NCBI RefSeq assembly: GCF_009914755.1
Contig: NC_060927.1
Length of the DNA stretch: 64,000 nucleotides
Source of the DNA: the human T2T-CHM13v2.0 reference genome, Homo sapiens
Strand: one strand, 5' to 3'
Shown here: in pieces, positions 29,907-47,070 of the stretch
Layout: each line of letters begins with the position of its first letter
Position numbering within the stretch: position 1 is the first letter of the stretch
Made by a program: the position numbers and the translations under genes
The notes under the pieces: generated by a model
Database searches by the model: none
What the model was told of the DNA's origin: nothing
The model's input: only the letters and a program-made list of their open reading frames with translations

Positions 29907-31119
29907 TAACTTGAAAAAAGAAATCTAACAGTATGCCTTGGCAATCTTTTCATCTTTCACCATCTTTCTTTCCTTTTCTTTTTCTTAATGCTGCGTTATA
30001 TTCCATGTATTCCATAGTGTAGATGTTTTTTATATTGTAAAGTGAAAATATCATGCAATTTGACCTTTGGCTTTTCTATAATACTTTTTCTCAGAGAGCA
30101 ATGATATATAAGAAGAAGATTCCCTTTACTTTCTGCCCCTTCTGATTTCTAGAAAACTGCCACTAATTTCAGGAAAAGTAATACATGAATGGCAATTTGA
30201 GGGAGGGATTGGCATTAGTTCCGTAATTCCCAGTGCAACGGCAGGTTAACAGGACATAAAATCAGGCAGAATTGTGACTCACAACTGTATGGCCTTGGAC
30301 TCATTAAACATCCATGAATCTCAGACTCATCAATTGCAAAATGAAGAGAATAATATCTACCTTTCCAGGTCACTGGCAAGATTCTGTAAGAAAAGGAAAT
30401 TAAGAACAAGCAGAGTACCTGGCACTTTAGTGCATGACAAATTATTTAAAGCTGCGTGGCAAAGTTCTGCTCGACAGTGCAGAATACAAATATGTTTCTA
30501 TTATGTAGGATTTTCAGTTTATGCTCAAAAATTATTATTTCCCTTTGGAATATCTTGTTAGTATGGATACTGCACCCTGTGGATTTATAGGTAGGGAAAT
30601 TGAGACAGAAAGATATGCTCAAGGTAAATCCATCATGGTGCCAGGATTAGCTTTTCTAAGAACTGTTAAGCTTCTTTTCTTATGACTTATCGTTAAACTA
30701 ATAAACAGAATGCTTGAAATTGCTACCTGAAAACTAAGCATATTGTCTGGAATCTTGTCTGCCTCTGTTAATTTTCCTCAAATGACTATTTAGAAACAAA
30801 TAAAAGATACAAAATCTTTCAGGTAAAGAAGATAATATTTAATAAAATAAAACAAAATTAAAAGGAAAAGGAAAATAACACCAATACCAACTACTGCTGC
30901 CACCAGGATTCCAGCCAACAGGTAATTAAACAGGTTTTGCTTCAACCTTATAGCAGGGCTAAAAACAATCAGCCTGAAGGATTAGCAGGGTGGGAAGACT
31001 CTGGATCAATTTCCCAGGATTTCATGGAACAAGGATTACATGTGTGTACAAAAACACAGGGTGGTTTTGTGACAACCCCAATGTTTTCTGGGAGCCTTCA
31101 CCAAGTCACTAAACATTAC

Positions 31120-31693
31120 ACATAGCAGATGGCCTCTTAAGATGTCCCCCATGATCCCTGCCTCCTGGTGTTCACATCCCTGTAGGGCCAGAATAGGCTG
31201 GCATACTGATTTTCTTCTAGCCATATAGAACATGGCAAGATGACAGGACGCACATGATTATGTATTATGATTACATTACATAAGATTGGGTTATGTACTC
31301 ATATTTTGAGGCAACTCTTTCCATTGCTGGAATCAAAGAAGCAAGAGGCCATGTTGAAAGGCCCATGTGGCAAAGGGCTGAAAGTGGCCTCCTGGAGCTG
31401 AAGGTGGCCTCCAGCCAACAATAACAAGAAACTGAAGCCCTCAGTCCTTCAACCACAAGAAGCTGAATGCTGCCAACAGTCATGTAAGTTTGGAAACAGA
31501 CCCTTCCCCAGTCAAACCTCAGATGAGACCATAACCCTGGCCAACGCCTTGATTGCAGCCTTGTCAGACCCTGAAGTAGTAGAAGGCCTAGCTAAGCAAT
31601 GTTGAACTCCTGACCCACAAAAATTGCACCATAATAAATGTGTGTTGTTTTAAGACTAAGTTTGTAGTAATATTGTTACAGATAACTAATATA
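31120..31693 (+). mobile_element. MLT1E/F-like MaLR solo LTR
   Basis: atgatccctgcctcctggtgttcac, ggcccatgtggcaaagggctga, aactgaagccctcagtcc, ttgattgcagccttgt, aataaatgtgtgttgttttaag. Confidence 0.88.
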
Positions 31694-31756
31694 TCACATT
31701 TTCTTCCATGTCTCCATCTGAACACAGGGGAGAAATCATATACAGCCTGGTCTCAC

Positions 31757-31769
31757 CAGCAATGAGGGA
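31757..31769 (-). other. Candidate 13-nt micro-exon
   Basis: Minus strand: ctaatatagattttcag|TCCCTCATTGCTG|gtgaga; short pyrimidine tract. Confidence 0.17.
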
Positions 31770-33901
31770 CTGAAAATCTATATTAGAATTGAGCCACATG
31801 GTCTATTTGGTGATACCTGAATTGAAATGAGTCCTACAGCATTATTCTAAAAACCAGTGCTATATTTTGTGTTTCTTTGTTGATTTTCCCTTTCCTTTCA
31901 CAGTGAGAGAGAACAGTATACGTTTTAATATATGATGTTCCTTCATGAGCAAATTATCTCCCTGGGAGATTTCCCTGACTTCCTAATTGATTTACTAGTC
32001 AGCAGGCCCTAACTTCACTAAGCCATTCCTTCAGTCCTTGACCTTATTAAAATACCATTCCAATCAGATCATATCCTTCTTCCAAAACCTTCACTGCCTG
32101 GAGACTCAAAGCCAAACCCTGTAGGAAGGCCCCAGAGCCAGGTTTGTTGAATGAATAAAGAAATGAATAAAGGTGTCTGGTAGAACACAAACAGACCACA
32201 CCGAAGTTGTGCTTGCATGTGGCAAAGACTGCATCTCATTCATTTTAATTTCCCCAGTGCCCAGCATAGTGTTTACTCTGTAGCAGCTGTCCCTAGACTT
32301 CCACTGTGATAATGAAACAAAAATGCAGCATCACTCGCTCTCTCGCTGCTTTAAGGATCTCTGTGTTACCCTTGTGTCCCTGAGTCTGGTAACCCATGCT
32401 ATTGAAAATGAACCCAGACTTTCCAAGGTCATTAATCTGTTTGTTATAGAGTAATGTTTAACATGTAATCTCCTTAACAGTTCTAAAATTCCCATTTGGG
32501 TCCATAACAATTCCTTCTTCACTCCAACCTAAGGGAGCTTTATATATGTCTTTAATATTTTTTACTCTACTTCATGCCTCAAAGGAGCACAAGAACACAA
32601 ACATGGTTGGCCAGAAATGTAGAAATTAGAAAATGGGGCAGGAGGAAATAGGTATTGAATTGGAACTCCAGATCATGGTCTTATAGCTCAGGGAGAGGTG
32701 TAGATCCTGAAAGTGGGCTTCAAGTGCAACGACAAGTAACAGGAACTAATCATTAGAGACGGTGAAAATGACTAGAGAACTTCCAGGACTGGGTGATAAA
32801 AAAACTTTTTTTAATAGATGTAGTGGGTACAAGTGCTGTTTTGTCACATGGATATATTGCATAGTGAAGTCTGGGCAAAAGGGGCACATTTGTATAAATT
32901 GCTGGGAATGGGCTCAAAGTATGTGTAAGCTGTTTGATTCACTGTATTTGCTGCTTTGAATGGGCTCCTGTACACCCAAAATTATATGGTAGTATTTTAG
33001 AACAGGACTTGTATGGACTAACTTCACAACTTTTTTCCCATATAATTACCCCTCCTCAGACCCAGCCATGGACCAAATTTGTCTCTAGTGATCCCAGGGT
33101 CTTGTGTCCTCTTCCTTTCCCTTCCTTTCCCTGTCAAAGCTCTAAAATGCTAAGAATCACCCACAAGGATAGACTGCTATTCAAAGTGCTCTCCTCCAAA
33201 GGTTGCATTTTAACCAGGAAAACATTAATAATTGCATTTTAACAAGGAAAACATCAATAGTTCTTACAGGATTTATTTACAAATTACTTTGACACAAACA
33301 ATCTTACTTGATGCCCAGTGCCCAGCACTTAGTAGGCACTTAGTAGTATTTACTGAATGGATGGATGAAGAAACAGAGGCTCAGAGAGGTTTAAGTGACC
33401 TGCCTAAGGTCACAGTGAATTAGAGTCAGAATAGGGGGTGGAGGGGTTAGAACATAGGTTTTCTGACTCTACCTCCCAAGCTCCCTACATTTTCACCAAA
33501 TCATAAACTACAGATAGAAAGATTCACAAGAAGAATTGTAACTCAGGGGTAATGTGGTCTTCCCAGCTCCTCATAATTCACTCCATGAAAGCAGTTTCTT
33601 CTGTCTTGGAGCCAATTCAACCAAATTGAGGCATAATTCTAAGACTCAAATTTGCAAATTCAAACCAAATTCAGCCTCATCTTATACCTTCAATTTGGTT
33701 TCCCAAGCATGTTTTTGGCCAACTGTGCTGTACGTTTAGTAAGATGCTTTCAAGGTGGAAGCAGCAAGCTGGAGGTGAGGAGGGAGCATTTTATCACCTC
33801 TTTCATCAAAGATTCTCTTGTTTTTCTGGCATTATTCGAAAATAGTGAACCCCCAACTTGTAAAAGTTGAGAAGTCTTTAAGAGCATTTATCCTTGATTT
33901 T

Positions 33902-34355
<454 letters not shown>

Positions 34356-34679
34356 TAAGCACCATGGACTCGGGAAATGTGCACTGGGGAGCAAAGAAAG
34401 GGTTGGGCTGAGTAGGAAATAGCTTTAAAGAGAGAAATGTTAATGTGACATTTAAGCTACCTTAGGGTTTTATCTGTGGATTAAATGATAGGGTGTCTGG
34501 AATTTGCTTTAAAAAAAAGTATGTGGATGAGGGAATAGGTAAAAGAATAATGGTAAACTATGATAACTGTTAGGACTGGGTGAGTGATAAAGGGACTTCA
34601 CTATACTCATCTCTCGAATTTTGTGCTTGCTTGAAAATGTCTATAATAAACAAAAATAAAATATTTGGGGAATCAACTC

Positions 34680-34890
34680 TAGGCTATGCCACATGCTAGC
34701 TCTGTAGCTTTGGGCAATTCACTTAACTCCTCAGACCCTCGGTCTCCCCAACTGTACAATGGCTATAATACCCTCTCCCTTAGAGGGCTTTTTGGGACAT
34801 GTAAATGGTAAAATAATAAAAATATAAGCAAAGGATCTGGTACTATTCCTGAAAAATGTAGGAGCTCAACAAAAGGTAATTTATTGTTGT
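34680..34890 (+). mobile_element. MIR (preceded by an L1M 3' fragment at about 34460-34640)
   Basis: tttgggcaattcacttaactcctcagaccctcggtctcccc. Confidence 0.7.
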
Positions 34891-34993
34891 TATCACATAA
34901 TAAAAGTCATTTGGTAGGGGGTAGGGCTGCAGAGAACACAGTCTTACATATACACCGTTGAACAATGGCCACGCAACTCTCTCCCACTAAGAC

Positions 34994-35297
34994 TTTATTT
35001 GTTTATTTATTTTGAGATGGAGTCTTGCTCTTGTTGCCCAGGCTAGAGCGCAATGGTGTGATCTCGGCTCACTGCAGCCTCTGCTTCCTGAGTTCCAAGC
35101 AATTCTCCTGCCTCAGCTTCCCGAGTAGCTGGGATTACAGGTGCCCACCACCACAGCTGGCTAATTTTTTGTATTTTTAGTAGAGACGGAGTATCACCAT
35201 GTTGGCCAGGCTCGTCTCCAACTCCTGGCCTCAGGTGAGCCACCCCTCTTGGCCTCCCAAACTGCTGAGATTATAGGCGTGAGCCACCGCACCTGGC
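34994..35297 (-). mobile_element. AluS-like
   Basis: Antisense dimeric Alu, TSD cccact[a/g]ag. Confidence 0.95.
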
Positions 35298-35579
35298 CCC
35301 ACTGAGGCATGTTAATACACTTGATGTACCAGCGGCTTTTTAAAGAGGCTGAACTGAACACTAATTATTATCAGCAGGTATCCGCTCTTTATTTAGTAAA
35401 ACCACTAAAAGAGCTTTATTTTTATCTTAATTTCAGTGAATCAAGCCTCACTCAGCTCCTGCTGACGTGAGAGCAGCCTTTTGTGAGGCTTCTTCATTCT
35501 GTATGTTCCTGGGGATTACAAAATAGCACCTAAGTGTCCTGTACCTACAGAATTAGAAGGTCTTTTACCAGGAACTTAC

Positions 35580-35610
35580 ATAATTCTTCTTTACAAGTGT
35601 GCATGAGAAG
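35580..35610 (-). other. Candidate 31-nt micro-exon
   Basis: Minus strand: aatcagaattttag|CTTCTCATGCACACTTGTAAAGAAGAATTAT|gtaagt; weak acceptor. Confidence 0.15.
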
Positions 35611-36514
35611 CTAAAATTCTGATTTATTTAAAATAAAAATTACATGTGTTTGATGAGGTTTTTTCCAGGTAAATATATATACAATCTGTACGTATATTGA
35701 CACACAGCTTAGTGATAGTCTCTGGATTCATTTTAGCAATGTAAAGATACAGCTTTGATCCACTTTCTTCACCTCTTCCAGCTTCATATTTTTCATCAGT
35801 AAAAATGGGAACAGTGATAGTAGCAACTTCCCAGGGTTGTGGAAAGGATTAAAGGAGAAAATACACGCTAAGTCCACAGAGTAAAAGCTAAATGTTAGCT
35901 GCTTCCCTCCCACAATGCCCGTGTCCTGTTGCCTTAAAGATGCTGTTATGCCAACCCTAGTAGCCCAAAATAGATGGTCCCTCCTCATCTCTGAGTAAAA
36001 AAAAAACAAGAAATTTAATCACCAGACAAAGAAAACACAGTTTTCTATTTCTAGATATCAATCTTAAAGTAGCACAAAGAGTGGAAAAGTGTCTCTGAAA
36101 ACACATTTTCATCTAGGTTGGCTGTTTCTAGAATTTAGAGAACAATGCATTCTAAAAATACTGTGCCTGCATTCATCTTCCCTTGTTTTCCCGCTCCGAG
36201 GGCCACTTTATACTCCTGCCGGGATATGACAGCTGAAAGGGCCTTTTGGAAAACACGCCTTACCAAATGGAGTCCTCGGGCCTTAGATCTTATCAATTTT
36301 TGTTCAAGATCCAAAACTAAGTTGTTTTATGCATTTTCTGGGTTTTAAGTATTACCCTTCCCCCGCACCCACCACCCCCTCACCAGTAACACACAGCCCG
36401 AGCCTTATCAACACTGTTCCTAAGCCCTATTTGTTTCTTAATTGATGCTTTCCCACATCATCCATCACATGTAGGTACAAGGCACTGCAGTTCCTGGAAT
36501 TTTTGAAAATATCA

Positions 36515-36958
<444 letters not shown>

Positions 36959-37129
36959 TCATGGTATAGTCAAAAAATAATTTACAAAATTGAATTGTGT
37001 ATTCGTTTGACAACTATTTATATACCTGCCTGGCACTATGTGAGGCTCTTGGAGAGAAGCCAATTAAACATCCATTCCAGGCCTTCAAGGGGCTCACACT
37101 CTAGTTTCAATTTTTATCATCAGTCATTT

Positions 37130-37375
37130 TATGGAGCTTACTACATGCCAGGAGCCATGCTAAATACTTTAAAAATATTAACTAATCTAATCCTATCCTC
37201 ATAACAACATTATGAGGTAGGCACTATTATTATCTCCAATATATGGATGAGGAAACTGAGGCACAGAAGAGGTCAAGTCACTTGATGAAGTCATGTAGCT
37301 AGTAAGTGGTAGAGTGAAGACTGAATCCCAGGCGGTCAGGCTCCTAGCTTTATCTCTTCACCGGTTTACCACCTT
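37130..37375 (-). mobile_element. MIR
   Basis: cttactacatgccagg...tatgaggtaggcactattattatc...gatgaggaaactgaggcacaga. Confidence 0.88.
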
Positions 37376-37711
37376 GCTTTTTGGTGGAGAATTCCCTCAG
37401 ATTCCACCTGAGGGCCCTGGTTGTGTACTAAGGGTGGGTACATGTGTCCCCCATATCCTCACTTCCTCTGTGCCTGCAGGGACACCCTCCCTTCTCCCTA
37501 CCCCATTTCTCCTCCATCCGTCTCAGCTCTAGTTAAGGACAAAAGGCTATTGAGTCCTCATGATCACCTTCCCACCTCCCTCCTAGCACTGTGGATTCAG
37601 CTTGAACCTCACCTCTCTCCTGCCCTCCTTCAATACCCGAATCATCCTCACCTGGACTATCTCTATCACCTCCTAATGGGCTTTTGTCTCTCCAGTCTTT
37701 CCTTCAATACT

Positions 37712-38026
<315 letters not shown>

Positions 38027-38134
38027 TAAAAACAATTTGTTTTTAAACTTGTAAGTAATATATAATCTCTGAAGAAAAATTAGAAGATACAGACAAAGCA
38101 AAAAGAAGAAAAAATTAAGTTACTCAGGGCATTC

Positions 38135-38237
38135 ACAATGTTGCCCAGGCTGGTCTTGAACTCCCAGGCTCAAGTGATCCACCCACCTCAGCCTCCCAAA
38201 GGGCTGCAATTACAGGTACGAGTTACCATGCCTGGTC
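38135..38237 (-). mobile_element. Partial Alu left monomer
   Basis: atgttgcccaggctggtcttgaactcc...ccatgcctgg. Confidence 0.85.
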
Positions 38238-39002
38238 TTACGAACTTTACTTTTAACAAAGATTCAGTATTAATGTTATGCTAATGGGTCATATCATGTC
38301 TGGGTAAGAAAATGTCAGTGGTTACAGGTGGCATCCAGCCTTGTGGATTTGGCCCTTGGAGCCTCTGTTATCTGACCCTTACCCTGGAAGGGGTGGTCAC
38401 CCCTGAGGACCTGTGAGTCTTCCTCATACATGACTCACTGTGCTTCCACCTTAGTATTTCCCAAACCTGGACCTTCCCTTGGGCAGGGAAAGCCTACTAG
38501 ACAGCAGAGCTATGGGTCATTCCGGAAAAAATTCCCTAGTGTAGAAGTGAGAATCTTCCTCCTGAGCACCCTCTGTGATGAAGTCTCCAGGGCCCCATGG
38601 TGCCCTGCATGTTCGAACGTATTTTCATTTTCCTTCGTTTTCTTGATTTCTTAGATGATTTCATCTCACAGGAGGCAGAATCTGAGTAAGTGTTCTTTTG
38701 TAGTTTCTTTGAATTGAATCAGAGCCCAGAGATGTCAGAGACCAGATAAAAGGGGACTGCTGGACCTACCACACTGACCCTATTGCAGTACCAGTCCCCA
38801 GAAGGTACAGCCTGACACACTTACACACACATGCGTGTACACGTGCACACACACATCCAAAGACCAAAACTGCTGTTTTTTCAAATTCTCTAATGCGTCA
38901 GCAGAAAGCTACAGAGCTATGATCCTTTCTCCTTATCTCTACAGACCAAAATCATAGCTAGTTCTCTTTTGTTTCATGGGATTAAAGAAAAAAAAAACCT
39001 AC

Positions 39003-39028
39003 CGAATTGTCACAAGTTGATTCACATG
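39003..39028 (-). other. Candidate 26-nt micro-exon
   Basis: Minus strand: attgggttttttacag|CATGTGAATCAACTTGTGACAATTCG|gtaggttttttttt. CpG at the exon end, U-rich tract after the donor. Confidence 0.32.
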
Positions 39029-39475
39029 CTGTAAAAAACCCAATTGTATAATATGCCATTCTTAATGGTCAACTTGGAGAAGAAAATGTGAAATATGCAG
39101 CTGATAATCTTTTCAGTTTCGGGCTGGGCTGGCTGATTCATCAAACCCTGATCTGACATGTCCCCTCTATCCTCTCAACCATTTCCTTGACTCACTAGAA
39201 TTATTCCTTCCAAAAAGGAACCTTGTCTGCTCGATGGATGTATAGACCATGCATTGCATTTTAGAAACAGTAAAAGTAAGGGCTAAAAATAGCCAGAAAG
39301 TGCTTTAGTCAAGAATCTCTAGTTGAAATTCAGGGGCATTTGTGTTCAAGAAAACAAGACCTCCCAAGAACAGCAGATTTTTAAACTTTGAATTTGATCC
39401 AAAAATGGAAATCTATACATATGATGAACTGTGTTTCTTATTTCTTTCAATTCAGCACCCTCCTGTAGTACCTGA

Positions 39476-39962
<487 letters not shown>

Positions 39963-40059
39963 CAATTTTTATTGTAGACTATGTTGCTCAATGTTAAGAA
40001 CCAAAATTAATGAATGCTTTAAAATTTATAACACCTCTTCCACAAGCCATGGATGCTCA

Positions 40060-41560
<1,501 letters not shown>

Positions 41561-41728
41561 GTCAAGCACTATTTATTGTTGTTCCCATTTTTATCTGGAG
41601 GTCTTTTCTCAAGACCACATATCTAAAAAGTGGAAGAGCAGGAATTCAAATACACGTTTGCTAACTCTTTTCAAAACACTCATTTGGCAGCAATAAATGG
41701 CCTTTACTGATGCAAAAACAAGTAGTCT

Positions 41729-42081
<353 letters not shown>

Positions 42082-42213
42082 CTACATACAACTACGACAC
42101 TAAAGTGGAAGGAAAAACTGTCATGCTGAACCACAGCTCTCCCAAATTTGTGACATAGATGTACAGATGATGATGACACAGTTACCGTCAGAAAAGGCAT
42201 TCCAAATACTTAC

Positions 42214-42221
42214 GCTTAACC
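42214..42221 (-). other. Candidate 8-nt micro-exon
   Basis: Minus strand: aaatttcctttcattttag|GGTTAAGC|gtaagt. Consensus acceptor and donor; alternative donor ACG|gtaact at 42186. Confidence 0.35.
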
Positions 42222-42373
42222 CTAAAATGAAAGGAAATTTAACTTCTAAAACAATATCCCAGAAAAGACAAGTGTCATTTTTCAATTCCACTACTTGGCT
42301 CAAAGGGCTTCTTTTCTTTTCCTGGTTGTGACATTTCATTGTTTTACTCTCAAAGGAGCAGAGAGCCTGCAGA

Positions 42374-42387
42374 CCAGCAGGGGGCCC
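42374..42387 (+). promoter_or_regulatory. CTCF-like motif
   Basis: CCAGCAGGGGGCCC matches the CTCF core CCASYAGRKGGC; lies in unique, locally GC/CpG-richer sequence. Confidence 0.5.
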
Positions 42388-43539
42388 TGCCGCAGAGGAG
42401 GAAGATGTGGGGCCAGGGGCCTGGCCAGTGGTGGACGAGATGTCTGGTAGGGGTCTGGACAATCTGAGTCCATAACCAGTCAGTCCTGGGGGGTGTCGCC
42501 ATCAGAAGATACCAAGCCACATAAAATACACGTAACTCGGGGATAAAAAGGAAGCGGAGGGATAATAAGAGGAACAGGATAAAGAGAAAGAAAATAAGAA
42601 AATGATCTATGTCTAGTATCTGTCTATAAGGACAGTGAGTCAACATTTTTGGAAATCCAGGCTCTTTCTCTAGCCTTTTACTCCAGAGCTTTCAAGGGCT
42701 GACATGGGATGGAAGGATTCTTATGTCATCAAGTCTAATACTGCAATTTTACTTGTCTATTTATTGCTTATAAACTGACACTGTCTTTCATTTATGTTTT
42801 ATTACACCGGTAATTCATGAATACAGATCCTCTTTACAGATATGGCTTGATTCTCCTTGGGTCCCCCTCCCCCTTCCCCACCACCCACCATGTCCCAACC
42901 CCTCTCCCTGACCTCTGTCTCTGGGGCCCTCCCTCCTCTGCTACAGCCCTTCTACAGCCCTTCATTTGCTTATACCTCTTGTTTTAGAATTTTCCTAAAG
43001 TGAGCCAAATTCTTTTCCATCTTGAGAGGTTTTTTGTTTTTTTTTTTAACTTCATAGCATCCATCAAGATAGTGGCTGACACTTCTGCTGTAATAAAACT
43101 GGAATTAAAAAAAAAAAAATCTAGAGGCTTTCCAGAGCTTGCTTAGAGGCTTTGCTCTGCCTCCCAAGATGAACCAACTTACTCTTCATAATCTAAGTAA
43201 GGTCTAAGCAATGTTATTTCTTTGAAAATTTACATTAGAGCTTTTCCAAATCCCTGGCACACACTCTCCATTTAAAACTAACTATGGAGACCAAAGCCTG
43301 TTATATAAGCATCCAAGTCTGCAGCCATGGGCCATATTTCTTCAGCTGCCAGATCACATGACTGATAACAAAGCCAAGATAAAGGCAATAATTTTTTAAA
43401 ATTTTTTTCTAGAAGAAAAAAAGCCCTACATATTTGAAAAAATAAAAAGATTAGGATCATTCCCATCAGAAGCTATTCTAAGTGGTTATTCCTCAAAATT
43501 AAAACAAAAATAAATTTGATTTTAAAACAAGCCACATCT

Positions 43540-43990
43540 ACAGTGGCCACGGTGGGTTGCCTTCCTAACGTTGATTTCCCTTTCTCCCTCTTTAAGGAAC
43601 TCCTATTTTCCGCAACTATTCACCCCGTTCATCCCCAAGGCAGAGTCTGAGTCAATCTTCATGGCATTCCTCCTGGGACTATTATTGACCCAGGGACAAG
43701 CATGTGACCTAATGTACCCAATCACACTAAAGGGAAGAACTTATTTGCTGGAAAAGGGAAACATATCACCCCAGTGGCTACTGGCAGCCATCTTGCAACC
43801 ATGAGGGACACCAGCCTGAAGAGCACAAAGAGTTTAAGGAGATGGAAAGGACTTGTGTGTTTGGTGATAGTTTAGTAATTGAGTCAGTCAATCAGGGATT
43901 GACCTAACTCTGTACTTTTTATTCTGTGACATACAAAGCATCTCTATCTAAGGCTCTGTGAGTCAGGATTCCTGTTGCTTTCTCCAAACG
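43540..43990 (+). mobile_element. ERVL-class LTR (LTR16/33-like)
   Basis: gcatgtgacctaat, ggcagccatcttgcaaccatgaggg, tgagtcaggattcctgttgctt. Confidence 0.65.
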
Positions 43991-44074
43991 GCTATAACAC
44001 CAAAGAAGCGGGGAGATGGGGGAATCTGGTGCCATTTCCTTTTCCTTTTCTCTAAAAAGTTTCTTTGCTCTTTG

Positions 44075-44227
44075 GTTCTTTTTTAGGAAACAGCCTCTTA
44101 CTATGTTGCCCAGGCTGGAGTGCAGTGGCTATTCACAGGCACAATCGTAGCACACTACAGCCTCAAACTCCTGGGTTCAAGCTATGCCCAGTTATGCTTT
44201 AGCCTTTGCATAGCTGGGACTATAGAT
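44075..44227 (-). mobile_element. FAM (fossil Alu monomer)
   Basis: ggagtgcagtggctattcacaggcacaatcgtagcacactacagcctc; TSD tctgg[tg/ca]ccattt. Confidence 0.85.
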
Positions 44228-44292
44228 GCAAGCCACTGCATCCAGTTCTGGCACCATTTTTCTGACCTACAAATTACATTTTGAAAGTTTCT

Positions 44293-44623
<331 letters not shown>

Positions 44624-45475
44624 CTATCCATTCACTGTATCCACATGCATTTTTATAGCTGAGTACATTTTTCCAGGTTTTGTAGGAATTTTAATGGGTT
44701 TAAGCCTAGTAATTAAATATATATTAACTGGCTGCTACCACAGAAAGTTCAAGAGAAGCAAACTCAGCTCTGAGGATACTGAGCCCCTGCCAGTGCCTGC
44801 CAAGATGCTAGAGATTATAACAATTGACAATGGTAGTCCCTGTCTGTGCTTGTGGGTTTACCTTCTGGTGAGGGGAGGAAGACAGTCAACAAGAACAACA
44901 GATGGTTTAGATAGTAACAACAGCACAGAAAGCACTTGCGGGGAGGGCAAGGCCTGCTTTAAATTGAGTTACCAGGAATGGCCTTTGCAAGGAGGTGACA
45001 TTGAAAGCTGAGATCAGAACAAGGTGGGAGTCATATCTGGGGGAATAAGAAAGGAAAGAATAAACCTTGAATGTTTCAGTAGCATCAATAAATTCTGGTT
45101 TATTAGAAGGTGCCAAGAGATGGAGAGGGTGGAGGGAAATGAGGTTGGCAGGTGGGCAGGAGCCTAGACATTTGGGCCCTATAGGCCAAGGAAAGTGGAT
45201 CTACATTTTATTTTAAGTCAGGTATTCTTACTTGTTTCTGTGTTATATACTTCCTAGGCAGCCTGCTGAACCCTATGGACCTCTGCTTGCAAAATGTTTT
45301 TAAATGGCGAAGACAAAAACAAAAAAATGTAGGATTATGAAAGACCAAGGATGGGACTGTGGGGGCAGGGAGATTATGGGAGTGATTTATCCCGCCAGGG
45401 AAGAGTATTTTTATCATGGACATTGTTTAGAGTTACCAGCTTATAGTGATCATAGAAGAATAGACTTTAAGTTGA

Positions 45476-46180
<705 letters not shown>

Positions 46181-46199
46181 TAAGAAAACTCATTACATT

Positions 46200-46361
46200 G
46201 AGCTGGGCATGATGGTTCACACACCTGTAATCCCAGCATTTTGGGAGGCTGAGGTGGGTGGATTGCCTGAGCTCAGGAGTTCCAGACCAGCCTGGGTAAC
46301 ATGGCGAAACCCTGTCTCTATTAAAAATACAAAAATTAGCCAGTCTCATAACCTGGTCTCA
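46200..46361 (+). mobile_element. Alu left monomer with atypical 3' tag
   Basis: Left arm plus linker, then agtctcataacctggtctcaa in place of the right arm. Confidence 0.85.
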
Positions 46362-46365
46362 AGAG

Positions 46366-46406
46366 AGATAGATAGATAGATAGATAGATAGATCGATAGA
46401 TAGATA
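46366..46406 (+). repeat. (GATA)n tetranucleotide microsatellite
   Basis: About 10 units with one gatc interruption. Confidence 0.92.
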
Positions 46407-46494
46407 AAAATTAATATAAACAAACAATTTAATTAAAAATAAAATATAATTTGCAACATAAAAATCTAATTTATTAAATAACTTCTTTGTTCAT

Positions 46495-46791
46495 ATTTAT
46501 TTTTTATTTTTATTTTTTAGAGACAGAGTCTCACTCTGTCACCCAGGATGGAGTGTAGTGGTACGATCATGGCTCACTGCAGCCTCAAATTCCTGGGCTC
46601 ACGTGATCCTCCTGCCTTAGCTTCCTGAGTAGTGTGCTGAGACTACAGGTGTGTGCAACCATGGCCAGCTGATTTTATAATTTTTTTGTAGAGATGGGGT
46701 CTTACTATGTTGCCCAGGCTGGTCTCTAGCTCCTGGCCTCAAGCAGTCCTTCCACCTCAGCCTCCCAAAGTGTGAGCCACTGTGTCTAGCC
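46495..46791 (-). mobile_element. AluJ-like
   Basis: Antisense dimeric Alu. Confidence 0.93.
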
Positions 46792-47070
46792 TGTTTAAAT
46801 AACAGATATGGTGGCAGATCTAACCACTACTGTCATTTTACAATCAAATGGGCATACAAAATATTCTGAGATATATGTAATCAGTATAATGTGAAGAGAA
46901 AATCACAGTGGGTTCTTTTGGTGACAAAGTCACAAGTAACTGCTGATATTGCTGTGGTTTTTTGTCCTCATTTATAGAAAGGAAATGTAAATTTCAGTTG
47001 GAGGTTAGTGAAAATACAGATGTAATTTTTTTTCCAATCCAAGTTTAGAGACCCCATGGAAGCCCCTGGA
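46792..47070 (-). mobile_element. MER113-like hAT-Charlie fragment
   Basis: ggtgacaaagtcacaagt...aaatttcagttggaggttagtgaaaatacagatgtaattttttttccaatccaagtt. Confidence 0.75.

Noticed and set aside
42121-42462. 113-aa Ser/Pro/Ala-rich minus-strand ORF as a CDS
   Set aside because: Non-ATG start, no recognisable homology, and an in-frame stop just upstream. Kept only as a possible exon extension.
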